From the NCBI GenBank assembly GCA_051003195.1, contig JBPCLP010000045.1, positions 64,001-128,000 on the forward strand: DNA of 64,000 bases, given 5' to 3'. This document shows, one piece after another, positions 19,255 through 28,992 of the stretch. Numbering within the stretch: the stretch's first letter is position 1; the number at the start of each line of letters is the position of its first letter. The notes beneath the pieces were generated by a model that was not told the origin of the DNA, ran no database searches, and saw nothing but the letters and a program-made list of their open reading frames with translations. This DNA is from Candidatus Sumerlaeaceae bacterium (GTDB taxonomy: Bacteria > Sumerlaeota > Sumerlaeia > Sumerlaeales > Sumerlaeaceae). A program made the position numbers and the translations under genes.

Positions 19255-21465
19255 CTAGAATAGCAGCTTAAACCCCGCTTCGTCCAACTGCTGTTGTTTA
19301 ACTTCTTCTGTTCGTTTTTTCGGCACTTCGCGCACGTAGTCGTTTCGCAGCCTGCCAAGCACCTCCTCGAACGGCGGTGTAACTGGCGGGGTGCGCTCGT
19401 CCAGCCTCACGATCATGACCTCATTACCGTACAGAAATGGCTCACTTACCGCACCCGGTTGCATTTGCTGCAGTTGGTTACGGAATGCTTCGCCTCGGAA
19501 TGTTTCCGGTACACGTCCAATCAGGCCACCACGCGAGCGTGACGAAATCGCCTCGCTTTCGCGGCGCGCGATTTGTTCGAAGTCTGCAAGTGAACTCACT
19601 TTGCTGCGAATCGCACTGAGTGCCTTCCTGGCTTCTTCGATAGCCGCGACCTTGCGGTCCGGTGGCAGTCCGAGATTCACCCGCTTGGAGATCTCGCGAA
19701 CCACCACCTGGGAAGGGCTGGTGTACTTGTCGAGATGGGATTCATAATAGGTGCGCAATTGCGCATCAGAAATCGTTGCGAACTCTTTCTGTAGCTTTGT
19801 CCGAAGGTATTCGGAGGAAATCTCCAGGATCTCCTTACTGTGCATCTCCTGCTCAAAAATGGCGGTTTTATCCAGCCCAAGATTTTCTGAGGCCCGCATA
19901 ACCAGATAGGAACCGACGGCTGGAGAATTACGCGCGGCCTCTATTTTTTCCTCGGCAGTCGACGCCTGCCAGGACTTCCCCGTCGGCAGAAGGTCATTCA
20001 GAAACTCATCCAGTGTATAAGTAAACCCCGGGGCAGTCACGATAGGAGTGCTTCCCGTCATCGGATCCGGGCCGGCGTAATCTTTCCGACGCAGTGCTTC
20101 TTCGTTAATATCCAGCTTCAGTTGCTTCGCCAACCTGGTCAGCACCTCGCGACGGGCATTCTCGACGGTGGTTTTTACCGCCTCGGTATCAGAGGTAACC
20201 TGGGAAATAAGCTGGTCCCGCACATCCTGAAACGAAAGAACACGTGTAGAGATGCGGTCCTGAATGTATAAAACGTCGAGGCCATACGGAGTGCGAACTA
20301 CCTCTGTTACCGACGTGCCTTTGGCCTTGCCCACAGCTTCCTTCAGCTGCGGGCTCGCGTTACTGTTTTCGATTACAAACGGCTGTGGCGGCGGCGCCAG
20401 CTTACCCGGTTCCGAGTAGGTCGCCAGGATCTCGTCTACATTAGCGCCCTCCATCAGCTTACGTCGAAGGTTCTGGGCGAGCCGCGTTTTGGAAGTGATC
20501 GTTTCTTCCGTCACCGGTACCAGGAGTACCTCGCCCTCGTGCAGCTCGACAGTAGGCACTTCGCTCGAAAATTCAGGGGCCACCCTCCGGTGATAAAACG
20601 GCAGCGTTCCGCGCAGAATTCGAGTAGCTGCCTCAGTCGTTCCGCTGATGTTGTAGGCAATTGAATCCAGCGTATCACCCGCGCGGGCGGTATACTGCTC
20701 ATAGGTACTCAGATGCAGGTTCTTAACAGCGGTCTGTGCCGGCGTGACGTATAGCTCTTTATGGCTTTCGTAATATTCCCTGGCGCTTTTCTCGTCCAGC
20801 TGTCGCAACTGGGGCTCGACCTCTCGCTGGTAATACAACCGGGCAAGGATCTGCTGACGATACTTGTGCAGAGTCTCAGATATATGGGGGGGCTTTTCGG
20901 TTAAACCTTCTGATTTTGCTTTTTGATAGAGGATCAGCTCATAGGCCATGTCGCGAACCAGTTCGCGTTGCTTGGTTACTGGCAGGTTGAAGATCTGCTC
21001 GAATGTAATGTCGCCAAGCGTACGTGGCCGGCGCATCCGAAGACTCGTACTAAGCTCCGTATTCGTGAACTGCCCGCCATTCCATGTTGCGATCACCTGC
21101 GTCTCGGTACTTTGCAATATGGCAGCAGGGGCATTCCGCATGGAGCGCGGAGCGGTCGTAAGCTGAAGCACGGATCTCCTGGTGGCTGACGTAATATCTG
21201 CTGAGCGCTGTTGCCAGGCTCCTGGCGAACGCGAGGCGGTGGTGGCTGCGTCCGTGGCCTGGACGTCGACCGAAACCAACGTACCGGTGGAATCCTGTGA
21301 GTACGACCTCGCAACCGAAAGCAAAGTCAGCATTATGGCAGCGGCACTAGTCGTCACCCTGGGCAATTGAAATCCTCCTGTTTTCGCAATCCCACGTCGG
21401 GACCCGGAACCAGACGCGCCAGCCGAATTACACACCCGTTTTGCCTTTGTTCCCCGTGTGCTCAA
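19255..21465 (-). CDS. Parvulin-type peptidyl-prolyl isomerase (PrsA/SurA-like, two PpiC-like domains, LysM-like insert); start may be 21333
   Basis: FEQIARRESEAISSRSRGGLIG, GAVSEPF, PPFEEV, TEVVRTPYG, YTARAGDTLDSIAY. Confidence 0.8.
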   Translation of the reverse strand: MSTRGTKAKRVCNSAGASGSGSRRGIAKTGGFQLPRVTTSAAAIMLTLLSVARSYSQDSTGTLVSVDVQATDAATTASRSPGAWQQRSADITSATRRSVLQLTTAPRSMRNAPAAILQSTETQVIATWNGGQFTNTELSTSLRMRRPRTLGDITFEQIFNLPVTKQRELVRDMAYELILYQKAKSEGLTEKPPHISETLHKYRQQILARLYYQREVEPQLRQLDEKSAREYYESHKELYVTPAQTAVKNLHLSTYEQYTARAGDTLDSIAYNISGTTEAATRILRGTLPFYHRRVAPEFSSEVPTVELHEGEVLLVPVTEETITSKTRLAQNLRRKLMEGANVDEILATYSEPGKLAPPPQPFVIENSNASPQLKEAVGKAKGTSVTEVVRTPYGLDVLYIQDRISTRVLSFQDVRDQLISQVTSDTEAVKTTVENARREVLTRLAKQLKLDINEEALRRKDYAGPDPMTGSTPIVTAPGFTYTLDEFLNDLLPTGKSWQASTAEEKIEAARNSPAVGSYLVMRASENLGLDKTAIFEQEMHSKEILEISSEYLRTKLQKEFATISDAQLRTYYESHLDKYTSPSQVVVREISKRVNLGLPPDRKVAAIEEARKALSAIRSKVSSLADFEQIARRESEAISSRSRGGLIGRVPETFRGEAFRNQLQQMQPGAVSEPFLYGNEVMIVRLDERTPPVTPPFEEVLGRLRNDYVREVPKKRTEEVKQQQLDEAGFKLLF

Positions 21466-23306
21466 TGTGCGCTCGATGTTGTATTGCTGTCGAGTGGCAA
21501 CGACTGCGACGTGACTACGGAGGATGCTCGGATCGTATCGCCTTCGGCTGTGACGCTGCTAGTGGCATCTGATGTCATTAGAGCCGGTGAAACATCCGTA
21601 GCGCTGCTTATATCGCTACTTGCCTGTGTTGAGGAGCTCTCGATCCCTGCGGCTGAGACTGGCCCCGTCCGCAAGTGCGCTGTGCCGGATGACGCAGGTG
21701 ACCCAGCGACATTATCAATAGCCGTTTCGCCTTCAAGCGCAGCGGTCGTAGCCATCGATTGCAGATACGTCCCACTGACGTCCAGGTATCCTTCTGGAGC
21801 AGGCGGAATATACCGGCTGGCAATATCGTTAGCTGCTGATAGTGGCAGAGGCTGCATCTGCATGGAATAATCCCATTTATCGAAATAGAGGTTCATTCCA
21901 TCCGACTCCACTTCACCGCGTTGGAAATCGACCGTCTCACTTCGAAAATCCTGTTTTACTGGAAACAACGGCGCACCAAAATCACTGTTCACGGTCAGAC
22001 GCAGGCTGTCCATATTGCCAAACAGCCAATCGGCAAGTTCCTTACACTGCGTCGTGTTCAATTCGCCATCCACGTGCTTAAGGATATTTACCGCCATATC
22101 GGGATCCGCAGGCAGCCAGCCGAATGGCTCCACGTAAAACTCGCACCAGTCGTGCATGTTGTTGCCGTTTTTGTTGAAGCATTCCCAGCCGGTCGTCCAC
22201 CGGGCCGGAATACCATTCATTCGGCAAAGAGCGATGAAGAGCATACCGTGCTGGCCACAGTCGCCGGCACGGCGCGTGGCCGTATACAACGCGATATTAT
22301 CGAGCGTCGAGTACTCGCGAGCAAACTGGTAGATCGTATTGGCACCGATCCAATCGTAAATGCGCCGCGCTGCGAGGTATGGATTTGATTCTCCGGCTAC
22401 AATTTCTGTGCTGAGCTTTTTGAGTTCTTCATTGCTGAAGTTGATGTGCGGCTTGTGCTCCGCGGTGTAGTAGCCATAATCCGGCGCGTCTTTACGGTAA
22501 GGCTCCACCGCAGAGGGATCGACGTCATTCGCACGCGACCAGCTTCGGTAAACGAAACTGATGGAAAACGTTGTGGGCTGGTCCTTCACCGCCTGCGCCT
22601 GCAGATATACGGTGCGGTGAGGGGCCTCTGGAGAAGCAATGTTATACCGGGTTGGCGAAGTAGCATAAAGATAGATATCGCTGTGGTATGGAAATGCGCG
22701 TGCGAATGGCATCCAGCAACGGATGAGCTTTCCCTCCGCGACTGCATTGTGCTCCACAACAAGCGTGTAGGTTACACCTATATCCCGCGGCAAGAGCAAC
22801 GAACTGCTGGTAAGAGCCTGGCTCGCCCGGACGTGGAGCATTTCGTTATACAATCGGCGATACATCGTATCCGGATTGCGGCTTTTCAGCCGCTCCCGAA
22901 GTGCTGGAACACGGAGCAACAGGTTAGACGCACTCGAATTAACGTACCTTTTTTGCCCGTCGATCAATTGAACATCGAACAGCCCTTCGCGCTCGAAGCG
23001 TTCGAACTCCTCCTCCGAGCAGGAAGTAATCTTGCGCCGCAGCTGCTGCAGAAGCTTTTCACGCGTAAGTTTGTAGTCGAGCCGGATGCGCCGAATGCGT
23101 TCGATTTCAAACTCTACGACACGACGATCGTCTTGCTCGATTGTTGGTGTCGTTTGCTCCAGGATGACTTGAAGAGCCCGGCTCGCCTTTTCAAACTCAC
23201 CCAGCTCTCGCAGCGCAATCGCCTCGTTAAGAGACTTTTCGTCCAAAGCGTGAGCGTTTGTAAGTACAGCTAGCAGCCATATTGCCAGGCAAAGTCGGGC
23301 GATCAA
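21462..23306 (-). CDS. Secreted transglutaminase-like domain protein with Ser/Thr-rich tail
   Basis: GDCGQHGMLFIALCRMNGIPAR, HDWCEF, WLPADP (Cys-His-Asp triad); signal peptide. Confidence 0.9.
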   Translation of the reverse strand: MIARLCLAIWLLAVLTNAHALDEKSLNEAIALRELGEFEKASRALQVILEQTTPTIEQDDRRVVEFEIERIRRIRLDYKLTREKLLQQLRRKITSCSEEEFERFEREGLFDVQLIDGQKRYVNSSASNLLLRVPALRERLKSRNPDTMYRRLYNEMLHVRASQALTSSSLLLPRDIGVTYTLVVEHNAVAEGKLIRCWMPFARAFPYHSDIYLYATSPTRYNIASPEAPHRTVYLQAQAVKDQPTTFSISFVYRSWSRANDVDPSAVEPYRKDAPDYGYYTAEHKPHINFSNEELKKLSTEIVAGESNPYLAARRIYDWIGANTIYQFAREYSTLDNIALYTATRRAGDCGQHGMLFIALCRMNGIPARWTTGWECFNKNGNNMHDWCEFYVEPFGWLPADPDMAVNILKHVDGELNTTQCKELADWLFGNMDSLRLTVNSDFGAPLFPVKQDFRSETVDFQRGEVESDGMNLYFDKWDYSMQMQPLPLSAANDIASRYIPPAPEGYLDVSGTYLQSMATTAALEGETAIDNVAGSPASSGTAHLRTGPVSAAGIESSSTQASSDISSATDVSPALMTSDATSSVTAEGDTIRASSVVTSQSLPLDSNTTSSAH

Positions 23307-23768
23307 GGTGTCCTCGGTGATGAGCTGCTTGTGCAGCTGCAGTTAAGTGTGCTGTCCATCCCCGGTAGCACTGGATTGCCTGTCAATGGTTTGCCGACAA
23401 CTTGGGATGGCGAAATGCCGCATAGATCCGGCTGACATCCAGACGGTTAAGTTTATGAGTTCGAATACTTGGACGAGCGTGGCAGGGACGGTCCCTGCCC
23501 CTTCCGCCAGGCAATGGCACGACGGTTGCATTAACGTTCGGCTATAATTTGCCACTTCAACTCAATGGAGTAAGAAAATGAGATGCTGTGTCGCGCAAAC
23601 GCCCAAACCGCTCGAATTCAGACTGGTATCAGTCACACACGTAAATTCAGAAAAGGTCATACCGGTGCGGACATCGCCACAGTGGTTCGCAACAGATACG
23701 TTTAATGGGACGTTCATACTTCCGCTGGCACCTCAAGACGCCCGGTCAGGCAATTAGACCAGCCCACC

Positions 23769-26453
23769 TTACTCAACCACAAGCTCAAGCGCATCACGCA
23801 GCTTTTTGACCCGGTTGCCATCCAGCTTTGTAAACTCCAGGTCCGTGATATAGAAGACGTCAACCACGCGGTAGGCTTCCGTGGTAATCATCGCCAGGTG
23901 AATGTAGTAACCCTGCTCAGAACAGATCGATGTCACGTCATATAAAAGCCCCGGCCTGTCATACGCCTTTACTTCAAGAATCGTATAGTTGGGCGATCCA
24001 TCATTATCCAAAATGATTTGAACGGGTTTCAACACAGCAAGATCCTCGCGGAGTGCATGTCGCTTTTTCCGCAAAGGGAACGCCTCGGAAAATTCTTTCC
24101 GCTTCAAGATTACCTGGTTCAAATCTGTGCGCAATCGATCCATTCGGAACCCGTGCGGTAGCTTGTTTCCACGGAGATCCGTGACCTGGAACACATCGAT
24201 TGCATAACCGTCCTTGGTTGAAAAAGCCTGCAGGCTCAGGATATTAATATCCTTTGAAGACAGCGCCCCGCAAACCCAGCTCAACAGTCCCTTAACGTCC
24301 TGGGCTACCACGGTAATCTCAGTAAAATTAATATGCTCAGGTTCGTTTACCTGCCACGCGATACGCTCAGACTCGTCAAGGCCCTGCAGCATGGTGTAAT
24401 GTCGTGCCATTCGAGCCGGTGGAATGGAGGTGAGATATTTTGTAGGGGCGTTGGCTAAAAAGCGATCGACCGACTCAGGAGCCTTTGTTTCACCCAGCGC
24501 CATAAGCAGCTTTTGACGGATTCGCTCCAGCGCGGCATCATCCATCGGAGCAAGCGGGTTTTTGCCTTCCAGCATCAGCATCGTTTTGCGGAAGAGGTCG
24601 TATAACAACGAGCCTTTCCAGTCGGTCCAGGCATTCGGGCCGACCCCTCGTGTGTCGCAGTACGTCAGAACATACAGCATCTTAAGAAGCTCGAGATCTG
24701 GGGTTGTGCCGGCCATTTCCGCAATTACATGCGGATCTTCCAGGTCGCGCCGCTGCGAGATGTGAACCATCTTCAGGTGATACAGAATCAGCAGTCTTAC
24801 CGTCTCCTGGTCGGAAGCCGGCAAACCCATCCGCTGTGTCATGTTTTGGGAGATGATTGCGCCGCGGAGCACATGCCCATGACCTTCACCCTTGCCAATA
24901 TCGTGAAGCAGCAGGGACAGGTTCAGCAGGTCCCAGCGGCGTATGGATCGCGCAACCTCCGTAAGTTCGTAACGAGCGTCCTCCGGCGCACTAGTTACTT
25001 CTTCTGATATCTCAAGGGTCTTAATCAGGTGCTCGTCGACAGTGTAGCGGTGATAATGATCAATGCGCACAAGGCAAAATAGCCGCTTAAATTCCGGCAT
25101 ATAGTCCGCCAGCACGCCGGTGTCGTGCATCACATGAACGGTTTGCGCAGCGCAACGTCTTTGAGCCATAATTTGCATGAAGTCTTCCCGGCAGCGCGCG
25201 GAACGGCGAAACGCTTCGGTGTTGCATGACGGTCGTGCTTCTTCAATGCTTCCTTTTAACTCATCACTTATCGCCAGTTGCCGCGCAGCTGAGATGCGAA
25301 AGCACTCCATTACCAGTTCGGGCTGCGATTTGAACTCCTCAGCAAGCGGCTCCTTCTGGTATAGTTCGCCTCCTTTTGCAAAATAGCGCTTGTCGATCGA
25401 GCGCCTCCGAACCGCGGTAAACATCCCGCCTACCCCGCGACCCCGGATGGTCAGAGCTCGCGTCGCTTTCTGGGAATACCGATCGATATTCCGCGCGTGC
25501 AGGTAATAGTCCTTCATCATCTTCTCTTCCGCAAGCAGCTGGGCGTCGGATTCATAGCGGAGTTGCTGTGCCACCAGCGGTTGTTTATCAAAAGACAGGG
25601 CGTCCACCTTGCGCCCCTCGGCGTGGTGTAGGCACGTGCGCACATTCAGCAGGAAATCTACTGCTTCCACAATCGCCTGCAGTTCGGTCTCGGAAACAAC
25701 ATGACGATTGAAAAGCGTTTCGAGACTATCGTCTCCCAGCAGGACGTAGGCGAGCCATTGCAGCGAATGCACGTCGCGGAGACCGCCCTCTCCTTCTTTA
25801 ACGTTCGGCTCGAGCAGGTAGATCGAACTGCCGAATTTCTCCCGCCGGTTTTTCGTTTCTGCCAGTTTGGCTTCGATGAACCACCGCCGTGAGCTTCCGC
25901 GAACTACCGAGGCGACCCGCCGTGAAAGCTCATTCACCGTGTCTTCATTGCCTGCGATCAGCCGCAGGTTCAGCAATGCCGTGGTAGAGTCCAGGTCCTG
26001 TCCGATCGTTTCAACCGCTTCGGATATTTTCTTTGTGGCATGTCCCAGCTCCACCTTGCTCAAGTCCCACAGCATGTAGAGGTAGCTTTTTACAAATGCC
26101 TGCTCAGCCGGCTTCGGATGGTCGGGAAGTATGAGCAGCAGGTCGATGTCGGAATGGGGATTCAACTGCGCGCGGCCGTAGCCGCCCTGCGCTACCAGGC
26201 TCAGGCGCTCGTACTCGGCAGGCGTAAGCCGCGATTCAGCCACAAGCCACTGGTAAATACTCTGGAGAATAGCGTCGACCTTATCAGAAAGCAGCCGAGC
26301 CGATGCGCTGCCGGGCACTTCACGCACATGCACCAATTGATGCTGTCGTGCGGCATGAAGGCGCTGATTGCATTCGGCTAAAAAGGCCCGGCGCCGCTCC
26401 GCATTCAGGTCCAGCTGAAACTGGCCCGCAACTCTCTCCAAAGGTAATGCCAT
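23769..26453 (-). CDS. glnD: [Protein-PII] uridylyltransferase/uridylyl-removing enzyme
   Basis: GGYGRAQLNPHSDIDLL, LEPNVKEGEGGLRD, YHRYTVDEH, LLHDIGKG, and two ACT domains (DVKGLL, DRPGLL). ATG at 26453. Confidence 0.96.
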   Translation of the reverse strand: MALPLERVAGQFQLDLNAERRRAFLAECNQRLHAARQHQLVHVREVPGSASARLLSDKVDAILQSIYQWLVAESRLTPAEYERLSLVAQGGYGRAQLNPHSDIDLLLILPDHPKPAEQAFVKSYLYMLWDLSKVELGHATKKISEAVETIGQDLDSTTALLNLRLIAGNEDTVNELSRRVASVVRGSSRRWFIEAKLAETKNRREKFGSSIYLLEPNVKEGEGGLRDVHSLQWLAYVLLGDDSLETLFNRHVVSETELQAIVEAVDFLLNVRTCLHHAEGRKVDALSFDKQPLVAQQLRYESDAQLLAEEKMMKDYYLHARNIDRYSQKATRALTIRGRGVGGMFTAVRRRSIDKRYFAKGGELYQKEPLAEEFKSQPELVMECFRISAARQLAISDELKGSIEEARPSCNTEAFRRSARCREDFMQIMAQRRCAAQTVHVMHDTGVLADYMPEFKRLFCLVRIDHYHRYTVDEHLIKTLEISEEVTSAPEDARYELTEVARSIRRWDLLNLSLLLHDIGKGEGHGHVLRGAIISQNMTQRMGLPASDQETVRLLILYHLKMVHISQRRDLEDPHVIAEMAGTTPDLELLKMLYVLTYCDTRGVGPNAWTDWKGSLLYDLFRKTMLMLEGKNPLAPMDDAALERIRQKLLMALGETKAPESVDRFLANAPTKYLTSIPPARMARHYTMLQGLDESERIAWQVNEPEHINFTEITVVAQDVKGLLSWVCGALSSKDINILSLQAFSTKDGYAIDVFQVTDLRGNKLPHGFRMDRLRTDLNQVILKRKEFSEAFPLRKKRHALREDLAVLKPVQIILDNDGSPNYTILEVKAYDRPGLLYDVTSICSEQGYYIHLAMITTEAYRVVDVFYITDLEFTKLDGNRVKKLRDALELVVE

Positions 26454-26655
26454 TATCTTAAGCTCGTGCGGCGATGAACCTGTGACTGCAAGGCAATCCC
26501 ACTCCTGGCTGGTTCTCAGAAATTTTCGTTTGTTCGTTAAGCAGAGCTGGACTTGCACCGAAAGTTGCTCACTACGTTGTGCAGATGCTTGAATCATGTA
26601 GTGCTAAAGGCAGTAGCATTCTTCCAATGGTTAACCCATCACGAGGGAGTCGGAT

Positions 26656-27036
26656 TTGAAGACCGTTCTACTGGTCGAAGACAACGAGCTAAACCGCGAT
26701 ATGCTTTCACGCCGGCTGGAGCGGAAGGGCTTCGAAATTATGATTGCCACCGATGGAAAGCAAGGTGTGCAGCTCGCCCAGTCAGCTTTACCCGACCTGG
26801 TCCTTATGGACATGAGTTTACCGGTGATGGACGGATGGGAGGCGACCCGCCTGCTTAAACAGAATCCTCTAACCAGGGCGATCCCGATCATTGGGCTTTC
26901 GGCTCATGCTATGGCCGGCGACCGCGAAAAAGCATTGAAGGCCGGCTGTGACGACTATGAAACCAAACCTGTTGATTTGAACCGCCTCGTCGCAAAAATT
27001 GAGGGCCTGACCACCGCAGCCGGTGAAGCGAGATGA
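26656..27036 (+). CDS. Single-domain response regulator (DivK/CheY-like)
   Basis: LLVEDN, DLVLMDMSLPVMDG, LSAHAM, ETKP. Confidence 0.95.
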   Translation: MKTVLLVEDNELNRDMLSRRLERKGFEIMIATDGKQGVQLAQSALPDLVLMDMSLPVMDGWEATRLLKQNPLTRAIPIIGLSAHAMAGDREKALKAGCDDYETKPVDLNRLVAKIEGLTTAAGEAR

Positions 27037-28187
27037 GTCTTTCGCAAACCGTCGGCGAATTGCTGGTGGTGGACGACAACAAGCTCAATCGCGAGATGTT
27101 GAGCCGCAGGCTGATCCGCAAAGGTTACAACGTCACCGAAGCCGAAAACGGCAACGAAGCTCTCCAATTGATTAACGACCACTCCTTCGATCTGGCTCTG
27201 CTCGACATTATGATGCCGGGAATCAGCGGAATCGAAGCGCTTGAAGTTATCCGCCGCCGGCATTCCGCGGCTGAGCTGCCTGTTATCATGGCGACCGCTA
27301 AAACCCAGAGTGAAGATGTGGTGGAAGCACTCAGGCTCGGCGCGAATGATTACATTACAAAACCGATAGATTTCCCCGTACTACTGGCGCGCGTACAGAC
27401 TCATCTTAATCTCAAGCGTCTGTTTAAGCTCAAGGATGAGTTCCTGAGCATTGCGAGCCACGACCTCAAAAACCCGCTTTTTGTCATCGTGTGCCAGGCC
27501 TACCTCATTCAGAACAAGGTGCCACCGGGTACGCCCATGACTGAAGAGGCGTTCGATATGATCAATAAGATCTCTCAGCACGCGCGTACGATGCAGCAGA
27601 TTATCGCCGACTTCCTGGATTTCCAGTCCGTGGAAGAGGGTCACATCAAACTCGCGACGACTGACCTGGATCTAAATGAGTTGGGAGCGCGGGTGGTGGA
27701 CACTCAGCAAAGCTACGCCGCGGAGAAAGAAATCGAGCTGACTTTTCATCCAGACGGAAACCTGCCGTCCGTTGCAGCGGATTCCAACCGCATCGAGCAG
27801 GTCGTGCAGAACCTGGTCGGCAATGCGCTGAAGTTTAATCCACGTGGCGGCCAGGTGCAAGTTAGAACTCGCGCGCTGGAGAATGCCGCATCCCTGGAAG
27901 TGGCCGACCGTGGTCCGGGCCTCAGCAATGATGACCTTCAGCGCGTCTTTAACAAATATGGCAAGTTAAGCCGCACTCCCACGGGAGGCGAAAAGAGCTC
28001 CGGACTTGGGTTGGCAATCTGCAAAAAAATGATCGACCTCCATGGCGGGGAGATCGGTGTGCGCAATAATCCCGAGGGTGGTGCCACGTTCTGGTTCAGC
28101 GTGCCAGTTCTCAGCAGCCTGGAAAATGATCAGCGGCCTATTTCGGAGGAATACGGAACGGCCTCGAGACTTAATGCGGAATATTAA
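27033..28187 (+). CDS. Hybrid receiver-histidine kinase
   Basis: N-terminal receiver; ASHDLKNPL H-box, NLVGNALKF, DRGPG, GLGLAI. 4-bp overlap with the upstream response regulator. Confidence 0.95.
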   Translation: MSLSQTVGELLVVDDNKLNREMLSRRLIRKGYNVTEAENGNEALQLINDHSFDLALLDIMMPGISGIEALEVIRRRHSAAELPVIMATAKTQSEDVVEALRLGANDYITKPIDFPVLLARVQTHLNLKRLFKLKDEFLSIASHDLKNPLFVIVCQAYLIQNKVPPGTPMTEEAFDMINKISQHARTMQQIIADFLDFQSVEEGHIKLATTDLDLNELGARVVDTQQSYAAEKEIELTFHPDGNLPSVAADSNRIEQVVQNLVGNALKFNPRGGQVQVRTRALENAASLEVADRGPGLSNDDLQRVFNKYGKLSRTPTGGEKSSGLGLAICKKMIDLHGGEIGVRNNPEGGATFWFSVPVLSSLENDQRPISEEYGTASRLNAEY

Positions 28188-28941
28188 CCGCAGAAGCATC
28201 CGCAAGATCCGATAGCATCGCAGTGTTCGGAGTTCGGCCCGTATTCAAAGTCGACGGTGCGTAAATAGGCGGATGCGTGTATGGCAGCGGCGCAACGTAG
28301 TTTACATAACTACGCAATGTAGGGGGTGAGTTGAAGTCTGTCGCCGCCCACTCCGATCGTTCCGTATACCCGCATGGCTGGCACTTGGGTATGATGTAGG
28401 AGTCCACCGCGACGGCACCCACGATGATCGGGTTCGCCGGACCGGCGATTGACGGGCCCAGGATCGGCACACTCTTCACTGCGCTGCCTAAAAAGGGCAC
28501 CTGGCCAAGCGTGGTCGGCACGGTTGCCGCCCCTGCCGCTTTGCCGATAAGTGGTACGGCGCCGATAAACTTTCCGTAAATAGGCAGCTTCTCGCCGCAT
28601 ACCGGCAGGTGCGTAATGGCTTTGCCATAGATTGGAATGTCCTTCACCTTGCCGAAGGCCACTGCATTGCGAGCTGCACTGCCCACAACCTTAAGAGTCA
28701 CACCGCCCGCGATTCCAAGCGCTGTAACATGAACAACCCGTTCCATCTGCGTACAATTGTCGAGACTGTCATCGTCTGCGCAAGGTGCCACACAACTTGC
28801 CATCGGCTGCGCGGCTGGATCGTTCACGCTCATGTCAGCGCCACTCTCCGACGCGAAGCCGGTTTCCCCTGCTTGCGCGCCAGAGCTCATGATCGCCATA
28901 ATACAAGCTGTTGCCATGCACCTAAGCCGATGGATCTTCAT
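28171..28941 (-). CDS. Hypothetical exported protein with (I/L/V)P(I/L/F)xG repeats; start uncertain
   Basis: Long ORF directly downstream of the TPR gene. GGAG precedes MKIHRL; signal-like N-terminus. Confidence 0.55.
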   Translation of the reverse strand: MKIHRLRCMATACIMAIMSSGAQAGETGFASESGADMSVNDPAAQPMASCVAPCADDDSLDNCTQMERVVHVTALGIAGGVTLKVVGSAARNAVAFGKVKDIPIYGKAITHLPVCGEKLPIYGKFIGAVPLIGKAAGAATVPTTLGQVPFLGSAVKSVPILGPSIAGPANPIIVGAVAVDSYIIPKCQPCGYTERSEWAATDFNSPPTLRSYVNYVAPLPYTHPPIYAPSTLNTGRTPNTAMLSDLADASAVNIPH

Positions 28942-28992
28942 CTCGCCTGCTCCTTTAATACTTCGCCGTGCTACCTGCACCTGCCATGCCAA

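Larger units (their letters stand above)
17653..19258. mobile_element. Cargo-carrying non-autonomous element (MITE ends plus ~1.5 kb AT-rich insert)
   Basis: Left end 17653-17698 matches 53708-53754 at 41/47 columns. Right end 19230-19258 matches 53773-53801 at 25/29. The interior is visibly AT-richer than the flanks. Confidence 0.75.

Noticed and set aside
16671..19258. Repeats at 16699 and 19230 as a CRISPR array or prophage att sites
   Set aside because: The spacing is kilobases, there is no cas or integrase gene, and the copies are better explained as ends of the element seen intact at 53708-53801.
23307..23768. Riboswitch or small gene between glnD and the transglutaminase gene
   Set aside because: Only one hairpin (ggcaggga/tccctgcc); no recognisable aptamer consensus, and the ORFs are unconvincing.
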